From an uncultured Collinsella sp. (GTDB lineage Bacteria; Actinomycetota; Coriobacteriia; Coriobacteriales; Coriobacteriaceae), in NCBI GenBank assembly GCA_902489225.1, contig CABTZA010000001.1, positions 1-43,402 on the forward strand: a stretch of 43,402 nt of DNA, read 5' to 3'. The notes beneath the pieces were generated by a model, which saw nothing but the letters and a program-made list of their open reading frames with translations, searched no databases and was not told the DNA's origin. The translations under genes and the position numbers were made by a program. This document shows positions 34,444-43,402 of this stretch, piece after piece; within the stretch, counting starts at the first letter, position 1; each line of letters begins with the position of its first letter.

Positions 34444-35031
34444 ATGAGTCCCATTCAAATCGCCCTGCTGCTGCTCGCCGTTGCCGGCGTGTGGGCCATC
34501 GCTGAGCTCGCGCTTACCCTGCGCAAGACCCGCAATGTTGTCGACTCGCTCGATAAGACCGTGAACGACCTCAACAACACCATCGCCGAGGCTCAGCCTG
34601 TGGTGGCAAAGCTCGATGGCGCTGTCGATGAGCTTACGCCGGCACTTGCCCAGATGGAGCCGCTGCTTAAGTCGAGCAAGACGGCAGTTGATGCCCTTAC
34701 CTCCAATCTCGTAGAGGTCGAAGCCGTGGTTCGCGACATTTCTGAGGTTACGGGCAGCATGGCCGAGGCCAGCAATGCTGTGTCTAGCGTGACCGACTCT
34801 GCCGCCGGTGCTGTGCAGAAGCTCTTCAATAAGGTGAAGGCTCCTGCAGCCGACGCCGATCGCAAGCTCGCCGCTGCCGCTGCGGAGGCCGAGCTGCCTA
34901 CCGAGCGCGTCCTAATTGGCGAGGACGAGGCTGCCGCGGGCGACGATGATGGTCAGAAGTCTGTATCCAAGCCGGCTCAGTATTACACCTATACGCCCGC
35001 CGAGACCTCTGAGGAGTCCTGCGATGAGTAG
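34444..35031 (+). CDS. DUF948 (YoxC/YtxG-like) membrane-anchored coiled-coil protein
   Basis: N-terminal TM helix, then an amphipathic coiled coil 'LRKTRNVVDSLDKTVNDLN...', then an acidic tail. Confidence 0.7.
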   Translation: MSPIQIALLLLAVAGVWAIAELALTLRKTRNVVDSLDKTVNDLNNTIAEAQPVVAKLDGAVDELTPALAQMEPLLKSSKTAVDALTSNLVEVEAVVRDISEVTGSMAEASNAVSSVTDSAAGAVQKLFNKVKAPAADADRKLAAAAAEAELPTERVLIGEDEAAAGDDDGQKSVSKPAQYYTYTPAETSEESCDE

Positions 35032-35401
35032 CGAAGCAACCTGCCCTATCACGCTGACCGTTGCCGGTGACCCGCGTCTCGCTCGCCTTGTGCGCATGAC
35101 GGCAGCCAACGTTGGTGCCCTGTGCTCTATGTCTGTCGATCGCATCGAGGACATCCGCATGGCTGCTGAGGAGGCTTTCATCTTTGGTTGCACCGCGGTC
35201 GACTGCGATGACATCACCATCAAATTCGATGTCGATGAGACCCATGTTGGCATGACTATTACCTTTGGCGACCAGGCTACGGTCGATGAAGACGACCAGG
35301 CTGCGGTGTATGCCGAGCTCATCCTCGCGAGCGTGTGCGACTCCTACGAAAAGACTACGGCGCCCCTGACGCTTTCCCTCGACCTCAAGGCGGATATCTA
35401 A
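35024..35401 (+). CDS. RsbW/SpoIIAB-like anti-sigma factor, degenerate kinase fold
   Basis: 'LTVAGDPRLARLVRMTAANVG...SVDRIEDIRMAAEEA' resembles the RsbW N-terminal half. Immediately upstream of a SigB-like sigma. ATG 35024 after GAGGAG. Confidence 0.75.
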   Translation: MSSEATCPITLTVAGDPRLARLVRMTAANVGALCSMSVDRIEDIRMAAEEAFIFGCTAVDCDDITIKFDVDETHVGMTITFGDQATVDEDDQAAVYAELILASVCDSYEKTTAPLTLSLDLKADI

Positions 35402-35402
35402 T

Positions 35403-36194
35403 ATGACCGAACGTTCCCGGAGCGGCAAGACCGCTTGGGACAAGGAGAAAACCCGCGAGCTGTTTCGTCGTTACAAGGAGACCGGTGATCCGGACGCCCG
35501 TGAGCAGCTCGTCATGTCCCATATGAACCTGGTAAGGTTTCTTGCCAACAAATTTAAGAATCGCGGCGAGCCGCTCGACGACCTCATGCAGGTCGGCTAT
35601 CTGGGCTTGCTCAAGGCTATCGACCGTTTTGACCCCGAGCGCGGACTCGAGTTCACGACGTTTGCGACACCCACTATCCTGGGCGAGATCAAACGCCATT
35701 TTCGCGACAAGGGCTGGAGTGTGCGCGTACCGCGTCGTCTGCAGGAGCTCTCGGCCAAGGTCAACCAGGCTACTGACAAACTTACCAACGAGCTGCAGCG
35801 TTCGCCCAAGGTTGAGGAGATCGCTGAGTATCTAGATGTGACTGTCGATGAGGTCCTCGAGGCTATGGAATCGTCTTCGGCCTATACCTCGGTGCCCATC
35901 GAGGCTCCTGGTGCGTCCGATTCCGACGATGCCCCTTCGATTCTCGACCGTTACGCCGACGACGACAACGAGCTCGACTTTACCGATGACCGCCTAGTGA
36001 TCGAGGAAGCCATCCGTGATTTCTCGCCGCGCGAGCGCGAGGTGATCGAGCTGCGCTTTGTGAAGGGCATGACCCAGATCGAGATCGCCAAGAAGCTGGG
36101 TATTTCTCAGGTGCAGGTTTCGCGTCTGCTGCGCCGCACGCTTAAGAAGATTCAGGACAAGATCGACCCCGACGGAGTGATGATTCGTTCATGA
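35403..36194 (+). CDS. SigB/SigF/SigG family RNA polymerase sigma factor
   Basis: 'DDLMQVGYLGLLKAIDRFDPERG', 'FATPTILGEIKRHFRDKGWSVRVPRRLQE', 'TQIEIAKKLGISQVQVSRLL'. Confidence 0.95.
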   Translation: MTERSRSGKTAWDKEKTRELFRRYKETGDPDAREQLVMSHMNLVRFLANKFKNRGEPLDDLMQVGYLGLLKAIDRFDPERGLEFTTFATPTILGEIKRHFRDKGWSVRVPRRLQELSAKVNQATDKLTNELQRSPKVEEIAEYLDVTVDEVLEAMESSSAYTSVPIEAPGASDSDDAPSILDRYADDDNELDFTDDRLVIEEAIRDFSPREREVIELRFVKGMTQIEIAKKLGISQVQVSRLLRRTLKKIQDKIDPDGVMIRS

Positions 36195-37600
36195 GTGAAC
36201 ACCCCCAACAAACCGATCGCGTGCTGCGCGACACCCGCATTCTGACGCTTCGCATTTGGGCTGTTGTCGGCTGCATTGTCATCGCCGCTGTCATCTTTAA
36301 CCTTATGGGCATCCTGGCGCCGGTTATCGAGTTTCTCGCTGTTGGTTCCATCATTGCCTTTGTGATGTCCCCGATCACCAACTGGCTCGAGCACCATGGC
36401 GTGAATCGCGGCATCGGTTCGCTTATCGCGCTTATTGTTGTTGTTGCCGTGCTCGTCGGTGTCGTTTGCATCTTGTCGCCGATTCTCTTTGGTCAGATCA
36501 TGGAAGTCCTGAGCCGCCTGCCCGAGCAGCTTCGTGTTGCGGGTGGCGATCTCAATGAGATGATCTCGCATGCCAAGACGCTCCATAACACGCCGCTCAA
36601 GGAGTATTTGGACGATAATCTTTCGTCGCTGGTTACCGTGGCATCGAAGTATGTGTCTCAGATTGCTGCCGAGCTTGGCCGCGGTGTGTTCCCGCTCATC
36701 ACCAATACGGCCTCGCAGTTGTTCGTGATCTTCCTTGGTCTGGTGCTTGCCTACTGGATGGCCTGCGACTACCCTCGCATGCATCACGAGATTTGCACCA
36801 TCATCGGTCAGGAGAAGGAGACCTCGTACCGCTTTATTGTCGCCATCCTTTCTCGCTCTGTCGGCGGCTACATGCGCGGTATGGTCGTGACGTCCATCTG
36901 CGGTGGTTTCCTCGCCTTTATCGGCTTCCTGATTATCGGCCATCCGTATGCGGCGCTCATGGCTATCTTCACTGGCATCATGCACTTGGTTCCGGTCGTC
37001 GGTCCCTGGGTGAGCGCGGCAATCGCCACGGTACTCGGCTTTATGTTCAGCCCCATGTTGGCGTTATGGACGCTCATCGTGACGATGGTCGCGCAAAACG
37101 TCACCGACAATGTGATTTCGCCTAAGGTCATGCAGAGCTCAGTGCAGGTGCATCCCATTATGAGCCTTACGGCTCTCGTTATTGGTTCGGCACTCATGGG
37201 GCCCATCGGCATGATTATTGCCATCCCGCTTTGTGCGGCCCTCAAGGGCATCTTCGTGTACTACTTCGAGAATGAGACCGGCCGTCAGCTTGTGGCCTAT
37301 GACGGAGCCGTGTTTAAGGGCACGCCGTACCGCGATGCCGATGACAACCCGGTCGCCGCCTACGACGCGCTCGGCGACGACACCTTCATCTATGAGTCCG
37401 AGCTCATCGGTAACGAGACTGCGCCCGAGGCCCAGGCCATGCCCAAACCCGAGCTCGATAATCCCTGGATGAAGCTCTCGGGCCTTCAGCCCGATGCTAC
37501 GGGCTTTTTCAAGAATCCCTTCGCCAAAGACGACGATTTCAATATGAACGACGACACCAAAACCGGCATCGACGGCTCCATGGACGATGACGACAACTAG
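36191..37600 (+). CDS. AI-2E (PerM) family transporter with acidic C-terminal extension
   Basis: Multi-TM; 'VPVVGP', 'DNVISPKVMQSSVQVHP', 'GPIGMIIAIP'. ATGA overlap with the sigma gene. Confidence 0.92.
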   Translation: MSEHPQQTDRVLRDTRILTLRIWAVVGCIVIAAVIFNLMGILAPVIEFLAVGSIIAFVMSPITNWLEHHGVNRGIGSLIALIVVVAVLVGVVCILSPILFGQIMEVLSRLPEQLRVAGGDLNEMISHAKTLHNTPLKEYLDDNLSSLVTVASKYVSQIAAELGRGVFPLITNTASQLFVIFLGLVLAYWMACDYPRMHHEICTIIGQEKETSYRFIVAILSRSVGGYMRGMVVTSICGGFLAFIGFLIIGHPYAALMAIFTGIMHLVPVVGPWVSAAIATVLGFMFSPMLALWTLIVTMVAQNVTDNVISPKVMQSSVQVHPIMSLTALVIGSALMGPIGMIIAIPLCAALKGIFVYYFENETGRQLVAYDGAVFKGTPYRDADDNPVAAYDALGDDTFIYESELIGNETAPEAQAMPKPELDNPWMKLSGLQPDATGFFKNPFAKDDDFNMNDDTKTGIDGSMDDDDN

Positions 37601-37650
37601 CGGGGTAATTCGGATTAATATTCATACGCGCTAACATGCAATTTCGCTGA

Positions 37651-37680
37651 AGGGCCGGCATTGTGCCGGCCCTCTTTTTT
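37651..37680 (+). terminator. Terminator closing the sigma operon
   Basis: AGGGCCGGCA-ttg-TGCCGGCCCT-CTTTTTT. Confidence 0.85.
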
Positions 37681-37752
37681 GCACAGGCGCGGCGGGATGG
37701 TAATATCGTTACGTTTGAACTGTTTCGATGTGAAACCGAGGAGATTCCCTCT

Positions 37753-40410
37753 ATGAGTGCTGACTACCCGTCAATGACTACGGCCGAGATTCGCTCCAAG
37801 TTCCTCAACTTCTTTGAGGAGCGCGGTCTTAAGCTCTATCCTTCTTCGTCTCTTGTTCCCGACGATCCTTCGCTGCTGCTTGCCAACGCCGGCATGAACC
37901 AGTTTAAGGAGTACTACCAGGGCAAGAAGACCATGAAGGAGATCGGCGCGATTTCCTGCCAGAAGTGCGTCCGCACCAACGACATCGATTGTATCGGCGA
38001 GGACGGCCGTCACCTGTCCTTCTTCGAGATGCTCGGCGACTTCTCTTTTGGCGGCGTCTCCAAGGAGCAGGCTTGCGCCTGGGCCTTTGAGCTCATCACC
38101 AAGGAGTTCAAGCTGCCGCTCGACCGCCTGTACTTCACCGTCTTTACCGAGGACGACGAGACCCACGACGTGTGGCGTTCTCTGGGCGTTGCTGAGGACC
38201 ACATCTCCCGCCTGGGCGAGGACGATAACTTCTGGGCCGCTGGCCCCACCGGTCCCTGCGGTCCGTGCTCAGAGATCTACTTTGACATGGGCGAGGAGGT
38301 CGGCTGCGGCAGCCCCGACTGCAAGCCTGGCTGCGACTGCGACCGCTTCCTGGAGTTCTGGAACCTCGTCTTTACCCAGTACGACCGCCAGGAGGACGGC
38401 TCCTTGCCGGAGCTGCCGCACCGCAACCTCGATACGGGCATGGGCCTGGAGCGCATGGCCGCCATCATGCAGCACAAGACCGCCAACTACGACGGCGATC
38501 TGATGCAGCACCTCATCAAGCTGGGCGAGAAGATTAGCGGCAAGACCTATGACGCCGACGATTACTCTGGCGCCAGCCGCTCCCTGCGTATCATCGCCGA
38601 CCACTCCCGTGCCGTCGACTTTATGATCTCGGACGGCATCCTTCCCGGTAACGAGGGTCGCGAGTACGTCCTTCGCCGCCTGCTCCGTCGTGCCGTGTTC
38701 CACGGTCGCCTGCTGGGCATCGAGGGCGCCTTCCTGACCAAGTTCATCGACGAGGTTAACGCTCAGATGGGCGAGGCTTATCCCGAGCTGCTCAAGAATG
38801 TCGCGCTCGTCAAGGGTATCGTCGCCTCCGAGGAGGAGCGCTTCTCCACGACGCTCGACAACGGCCGCGTCTATCTGGACGAGGCCCTGGCAGCGCTTGC
38901 CGAGGGCGCCGTGCTTCCGGGCGATGTCGCCTTTAAACTGCACGACACCTTTGGTTTCCCCATCGATCTGACCGTCGAGATCGCCGGCACCGCTGGCCAC
39001 GACGTCGATATGGACGGCTTCACTGCCTGCATGGAGGACCAGAAGGCCCGCGCCCGCGCCAATGCCAAGGGCGACGCCTGGGGCAGCTTCAACGACGTGT
39101 GGGTCGAGCTTTCGGACAAGGTCGCAGCGACCGAGTTCGACGGCTATGACAACGATGTGATCGAGGGCGCCAAGGTTGTCGCCATCGTGCGCAACGGCGA
39201 GTCCGTCGAGTCTGCTGCCGCCGGCGAGGATGTCGAGGTTGTGCTCGACCGCACCCCGTTCTATGCCGAGATGGGTGGCCAGCAGGGCGATGCCGGCAAG
39301 CTTTCCGCCGAGGGCGTTGTTCTGACCGTTGCCGACACCAAGAACCACAACGGCCTGTATGCCCACGTCGCGCACGTTGCCGAGGGCACGCTGACTGTCG
39401 GTGCCGCTGTTACCGCCGCGCTCGACGCCGAGCGCCGTGGCTTCCTGCGCCGCAACCACACCGCCACGCACCTGCTCGACGCCGCCCTTAAGCAGGTCCT
39501 GGGCGAGCATGTCTCCCAGGCCGGTTCGCTGGTGACGCCCGAGCACCTGCGCTTTGACTTCACGCACTTCGAGGCCCTGTCCTCCGAGCAGCTCAAGGCT
39601 GTCGAGGACCTGGTCAACCAGCAGATCTTCGCTTCCAAGCCGGTTGTGACCCGTGTCATGGGCATCGACGAGGCTAAGGCTGCCGGCGCTGTCGCTCTGT
39701 TTGGAGAGAAGTACGGCGATGTTGTCCGCGTCGTCTCCGTGGGCGCCGAGGACCAGCCGTTCTCCCGCGAGCTCTGTGGTGGCACTCATGCCGCCAATAC
39801 CGCCGAGATTGGCCTCTTCAAGATCATTTCCGAGTCCTCCACGGGCTCCAATGTCCGCCGTATCGAGGCCGTGACCTCTAAGGGTGCCCTCGACTACATG
39901 GCCGACCGCCTGGCGCTCGTTGACGCCGCCGCCGCTGCGCTCAAGTGCCGCGTCGACGAGGTTCCCGCCCGCGTGGAGAACCTGCAGGCCGAGCTGCGCG
40001 AGACGTCCAACAAGCTCAAGAAGGCGCTCACTGGTGGCTCCTCCGATGCAATCTCCAACGCCATCGAGGGTGCTGTCGAGCTGAATGGCTACAAGCTCGT
40101 TGTTGCTGAGCTTCAGGGTCTCGAGGCCGCTGACCTGCGCAACGTTTGGGATACCGTGCACCAGAAGGTCGCCGGCCCTGTCGCCTGCGTTGTTGCCAGC
40201 GTGACCGAGAAGGGCACCCCGGCCCTGCTCGCCGCCGGCTCCGATGACGCCGTGAAGGCCGGTTTCCACGCCGGCAACGTGATCAAGCAGATCGCGGGCC
40301 TGGTCGATGGTCGCGGTGGCGGCCGTCCCAACATGGCCCAGGCCGGTGGCAAGAACGCTGCCGGTATCGCCGATGCCCTTGCGGCCGCCAAGACCGCGCT
40401 CGGCGCCTAA
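37753..40410 (+). CDS. alaS: Alanine--tRNA ligase
   Basis: 'NAGMNQFK', 'GPCGPCSEIY', 'DTGMGLER', 'TPFYAEMGGQ', editing motifs 'NHTATH' and 'ELCGGTH', 'GGGRPNMAQAGG'. Start 37753 or 37774. Confidence 0.98.
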   Translation: MSADYPSMTTAEIRSKFLNFFEERGLKLYPSSSLVPDDPSLLLANAGMNQFKEYYQGKKTMKEIGAISCQKCVRTNDIDCIGEDGRHLSFFEMLGDFSFGGVSKEQACAWAFELITKEFKLPLDRLYFTVFTEDDETHDVWRSLGVAEDHISRLGEDDNFWAAGPTGPCGPCSEIYFDMGEEVGCGSPDCKPGCDCDRFLEFWNLVFTQYDRQEDGSLPELPHRNLDTGMGLERMAAIMQHKTANYDGDLMQHLIKLGEKISGKTYDADDYSGASRSLRIIADHSRAVDFMISDGILPGNEGREYVLRRLLRRAVFHGRLLGIEGAFLTKFIDEVNAQMGEAYPELLKNVALVKGIVASEEERFSTTLDNGRVYLDEALAALAEGAVLPGDVAFKLHDTFGFPIDLTVEIAGTAGHDVDMDGFTACMEDQKARARANAKGDAWGSFNDVWVELSDKVAATEFDGYDNDVIEGAKVVAIVRNGESVESAAAGEDVEVVLDRTPFYAEMGGQQGDAGKLSAEGVVLTVADTKNHNGLYAHVAHVAEGTLTVGAAVTAALDAERRGFLRRNHTATHLLDAALKQVLGEHVSQAGSLVTPEHLRFDFTHFEALSSEQLKAVEDLVNQQIFASKPVVTRVMGIDEAKAAGAVALFGEKYGDVVRVVSVGAEDQPFSRELCGGTHAANTAEIGLFKIISESSTGSNVRRIEAVTSKGALDYMADRLALVDAAAAALKCRVDEVPARVENLQAELRETSNKLKKALTGGSSDAISNAIEGAVELNGYKLVVAELQGLEAADLRNVWDTVHQKVAGPVACVVASVTEKGTPALLAAGSDDAVKAGFHAGNVIKQIAGLVDGRGGGRPNMAQAGGKNAAGIADALAAAKTALGA

Positions 40411-40427
40411 GAACCTAAGTAGTCGCT

Positions 40428-40856
40428 GTGGTCGCGCTTGCGCTGGACATAGGGGAGACCAGGATTGGCATCGCCGTCTCGAGCCGTGATGGCAAGATGG
40501 CGATGCCTGTCAAGGTGCTTCCGGCTGCCGAGGTCACTGGCATGGCAAAGACGTTTCGCTACCTGGTGGAGGACTATGAGCCCGATATCCTGGTAAGCGG
40601 ACGTCCCTTGACCATGGCCGGTGAGCCCGGCCCCCAGGCCGAGCGCGTCGCCGCCGTGGCCCAAAAGATTGCCGAAGAGCTCGAACTTCCTCTGGAGTTT
40701 GAGGACGAGCGTCTGTCCTCGCAGGAGGCCAAGCGAATCCTGCGAGAGCAGGGACTCAACGAAAAGCAGATGAGGGGCAAGATTGACATGATCGCCGCCA
40801 GCCTGTTCTTGCAGACATGGCTCGATCGTAAAAACGAGGAGGTTCAGCATGCCTAG
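40428..40856 (+). CDS. ruvX: RuvX/YqgF family nuclease
   Basis: 'LALDIGETRIGIAVS', 'EDERLSS', 'IDMIAASLFLQ'; follows alaS. Confidence 0.93.
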   Translation: MVALALDIGETRIGIAVSSRDGKMAMPVKVLPAAEVTGMAKTFRYLVEDYEPDILVSGRPLTMAGEPGPQAERVAAVAQKIAEELELPLEFEDERLSSQEAKRILREQGLNEKQMRGKIDMIAASLFLQTWLDRKNEEVQHA

Positions 40857-42204
40857 CGCTTCCGATCCGCGCCAGCAGAATCGTACGCGGCAGCCCGTGC
40901 CGCGTCCTGCTCAGCCTGGCCAGCGCCCGGCGCAGCCGACGCAGCGTTCGGCTCAGCCTACTCAGCGTGTTGCTCAACAGTCCGCCGTTCGTCCCGCGCA
41001 ACCCGCTGGCGGCGCTCGTTTTAAGCAGCAGGCTCCTGCCCAGCGCACGCAGGGCCAGGCCCGGCAATCACGCCCCCACACACATCATGCTCATGGCTCG
41101 CACGGCGTTGCTCCGGCTACGCGCTCGAGCTATAACACGCACGTCCGCCGTGGTACACAAAAGAAAAGCTCCCCGGTGCCTATGATTATCGGTGGCGTCG
41201 TCGCCGTGCTTGCGCTTGTCGCGATCGTTTTCTTTGTCGTGCCAGCCGTCAAGGGCTTCTTTGGCGGTGAGGATGCGAAAGTCGCTGCTGGCCAGCAAGT
41301 TACTATCACGATTCCCGACGGTGCCTCGGGCGATACTATCGCCTCGATTCTCTCCGAGAACCATATCGTCGAAAATCCCAAGGATTATTATGCGGCGGTG
41401 AAAAAGCTCAACGCCGATATGTCGCTCAAGCCTGGTACTTATTCGTTCACCACACTCATGGATGCGACCAAGGTTGTTCAGCAGCTCATGGAAGGCCCCA
41501 ACGCGGGCTCCAATGCGCTGACTATCCCTGAGGGCCTAACGGTCGATCAAGTCGCCGACCGTGTGGCCCAGGCTTACGACAGTATCTCTAAGGAAGACTT
41601 CCTCAACCAGGCCAAGGCCTCCAACTACGTGGACGACTATAGCTTCCTTAAGGGCGCCGCCAACGACTCGCTCGAGGGCTTCTTGTTCCCCAAGACTTAT
41701 TCGTTGGGTGATTCGCCGACGGCCGATGACGTGGTTCGCGCTATGCTCGATCAGTTTAAGACCGAGTACAAGTCGCTTGACTTTGCGAGCTGCGAAGCCA
41801 AGATCAAGGAGCGCTACGGTGTGGAGATGTCTGACTACGACATCGTCAACTTGGCCTCTATCGTTGAGCGCGAGGGCCTCAACGCCGATCAACGTGCACA
41901 CGTGGCCTCGGTCTTCTACAACCGCCTTGCCGGCAAGCTCGACGGTTTGCGCTATCTCAACAGCGATGCGACCATGATGTATGTCACCGGTGGCGAGGTT
42001 ACCGCCGACGACCTGCAGAGTGATAGTCCGTATAACACCTATAAGCACGAGGGCCTACCGCCCACGCCCATCTGCTCTCCGTCGCTCGAGGCACTCAAGG
42101 CCACGCTTGAGCCGACCGACTCCGATGACCTGTATTTCTACATTACGCAGGACGAGGAGTACTTCTCGCAAACCTATGAAGAGCATCAACAGTCTTGGAA
42201 TTAG
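40849..42204 (+). CDS. mltG: Endolytic transglycosylase MltG with disordered Q/P/R-rich cytoplasmic N-terminus
   Basis: TM helix, 'TIPEG', 'LEGFLFPKTY', 'LASIVERE', 'SPYNTY...GLPPTPICSP'. Confidence 0.94.
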   Translation: MPSASDPRQQNRTRQPVPRPAQPGQRPAQPTQRSAQPTQRVAQQSAVRPAQPAGGARFKQQAPAQRTQGQARQSRPHTHHAHGSHGVAPATRSSYNTHVRRGTQKKSSPVPMIIGGVVAVLALVAIVFFVVPAVKGFFGGEDAKVAAGQQVTITIPDGASGDTIASILSENHIVENPKDYYAAVKKLNADMSLKPGTYSFTTLMDATKVVQQLMEGPNAGSNALTIPEGLTVDQVADRVAQAYDSISKEDFLNQAKASNYVDDYSFLKGAANDSLEGFLFPKTYSLGDSPTADDVVRAMLDQFKTEYKSLDFASCEAKIKERYGVEMSDYDIVNLASIVEREGLNADQRAHVASVFYNRLAGKLDGLRYLNSDATMMYVTGGEVTADDLQSDSPYNTYKHEGLPPTPICSPSLEALKATLEPTDSDDLYFYITQDEEYFSQTYEEHQQSWN

Positions 42205-42205
42205 C

Positions 42206-42703
42206 ATGAGGATTTTTAGCCCCAAACGATACGTTGCCTCGGTCGATCGCATCGACCTTGATACCCTGTGGGCCGACGGCAAACGCGCCATTCTGCTCGA
42301 TCGCGATAACACCCTGGTGCCGCGCGACACCGAGCAGGTTCCCGCCGCGGTTTCCGCTTGGCTCGACGCCGCCCGCGCCAAAGGCTTTAAGCTGTGCATG
42401 GTGTCCAACAACTGGCATCGCGACCAGGTCATGAGCTCTGCACGCGAGCTGGGACTCGAGGCCATCAGCCACGCCATGAAGCCGGCGCCGTTTGCCCTCA
42501 AGGCGGGTCTTAAGCGCCTCGGCGCCACGGCCGACGAGGCGGTGCTGATCGGTGATCAGCTCTACACTGACGTGTGGAGCGGCAATTTCGCCGGCGTCGA
42601 TACCATACTGGTAAAGCCGCAGGCGACGCAGGACCTGTGGTATACGCAGATCTTCCGTATCTTTGAGCGCCGGGCCCTGCGCGACCTTCCCTGCGAGGAA
42701 TAG
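42206..42703 (+). CDS. yqeG: YqeG family HAD subfamily IIIA phosphatase
   Basis: 'LDRDNTLV', 'VSNN', 'AMKP', 'IGDQLYTDV'. Start ATG 42206. Confidence 0.9.
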   Translation: MRIFSPKRYVASVDRIDLDTLWADGKRAILLDRDNTLVPRDTEQVPAAVSAWLDAARAKGFKLCMVSNNWHRDQVMSSARELGLEAISHAMKPAPFALKAGLKRLGATADEAVLIGDQLYTDVWSGNFAGVDTILVKPQATQDLWYTQIFRIFERRALRDLPCEE

Positions 42704-42711
42704 GTTTCGCC

Positions 42712-43245
42712 ATGTCTCAGCACATCAAACACGGCTGCGACCATATCTTCTTTATCGGCTTTTTGGGCGCGGGCAAATCGACGCTCGCGCGCAACGTCGG
42801 CACCATGTTCAAGCGGCGTTTTATCGATACCGACCGCCTGGTCGTCCGCCGTTGCGGCAAGTCGGTAACCGAGATTTTTGAGACCGAGGGCGAGGATCGT
42901 TTTCGCGAGCTCGAGACCTCGGCACTCCGTTCGCTTCAAAGTGAGCGCAGCCTGCTAGTATCGTGCGGGGGTGGCATTGTCGAGACGCCGGTGAATATTG
43001 AGCTGATGCACGAAATGGGTACGTGCGTGTACCTCGAGGGCGACTTCGAGGATTCGATTCGCCAGATTCGTCGGTCCGACACGCGCCCCGATTTCCGCTC
43101 GCCTGAGCATGCCGCGCGCCTGTTTGAGCATCGCCGTCCGTTGTATCGCCAGGCTGCCGACCTTACCCTTGATATTCGCAACAAGTCCTTCGAGGACGTT
43201 TCCTACCTTTGTGCCGAGATGCTTTTGGAGCGTGGACTGCTATGA
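42712..43245 (+). CDS. aroK: Shikimate kinase
   Basis: 'IGFLGAGKST', 'FIDTD', 'EGEDRFRELE', 'SCGGG', 'TRP', 'RRPLY'. Confidence 0.93.
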   Translation: MSQHIKHGCDHIFFIGFLGAGKSTLARNVGTMFKRRFIDTDRLVVRRCGKSVTEIFETEGEDRFRELETSALRSLQSERSLLVSCGGGIVETPVNIELMHEMGTCVYLEGDFEDSIRQIRRSDTRPDFRSPEHAARLFEHRRPLYRQAADLTLDIRNKSFEDVSYLCAEMLLERGLL

Positions 43246-43402
43246 TTCGCCGTCAACTGATCAATTTCCAAAACCGCAGCGTCGATGTCCGCGTCGGATT
43301 GGGCGCGTTCGATGAGCTGTCGCGCATGTTTGCCTCGGCTGTGGGCAAGCCTAAGCGCGCGATGGTGGTTTGGAACTCCGCCACATCCGAGCGTTTTGGT
43401 GA
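43242..43402 (+). CDS. Partial CDS running off the window; probably the N-terminus of 3-dehydroquinate synthase
   Basis: ATGA overlap with aroK. Reads MIRRQLINFQNRSVDVRVGLGAFDELSRMFASAVGKPKRAMVVWNSATSERFG. The product is inferred mainly from aroK-aroB synteny. Confidence 0.55.
   Translation, partial: MIRRQLINFQNRSVDVRVGLGAFDELSRMFASAVGKPKRAMVVWNSATSERFG

Noticed and set aside
37601..37752. T-box upstream of alaS
   Set aside because: Only about 70 nt lie between the upstream terminator and the start codon, and no specifier or TGGN-ACC motif is visible.

Overview
A GC-rich bacterial core-genome segment. Gene content and order suggest an actinobacterium of the Coriobacteriia/Collinsella type; this is inference, not tested. 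It opens with the last 69 nt and right end of an IS110-family element and two identical tRNA-Asn(GTT) genes. A long housekeeping run follows: Asp23, DAK2/fakA, recG, rsmD, coaD, sepIVA-like, yceD, rpmF, plsX, acpP, rnc, smc, ftsY, ffh. The variable middle holds an 11-bp tandem repeat, a DUF134-NifB/NifX fusion with two palindromic operators, thyA-folA, a TrmH methylase, a MATE pump, a cobO pseudogene, ftsH, DUF523 and an Fe-alcohol dehydrogenase. Then come T-box-ileS-lspA-rluA, a GT2, an A24 peptidase, a dGTPase, rarA, a DUF948/degenerate anti-sigma/SigB-like sigma/AI-2E operon, and alaS-ruvX-mltG-yqeG-aroK-aroB(partial). No CRISPR, prophage or defence island is visible. The most interesting signals: (1) the IS110 end appears to sit in a GGGGAC-type REP-like repeat and carries a junction-type -35 box; (2) a minimal SigB-like module with a kinase-dead anti-sigma, plus a near-perfect SigB/SigF promoter in front of ftsH; (3) the DUF134-NifX gene has paired operators and a perfect internal in-frame start; (4) the ileS T-box is a full-length transcriptional type. 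All calls were made by eye; no database searches were run.
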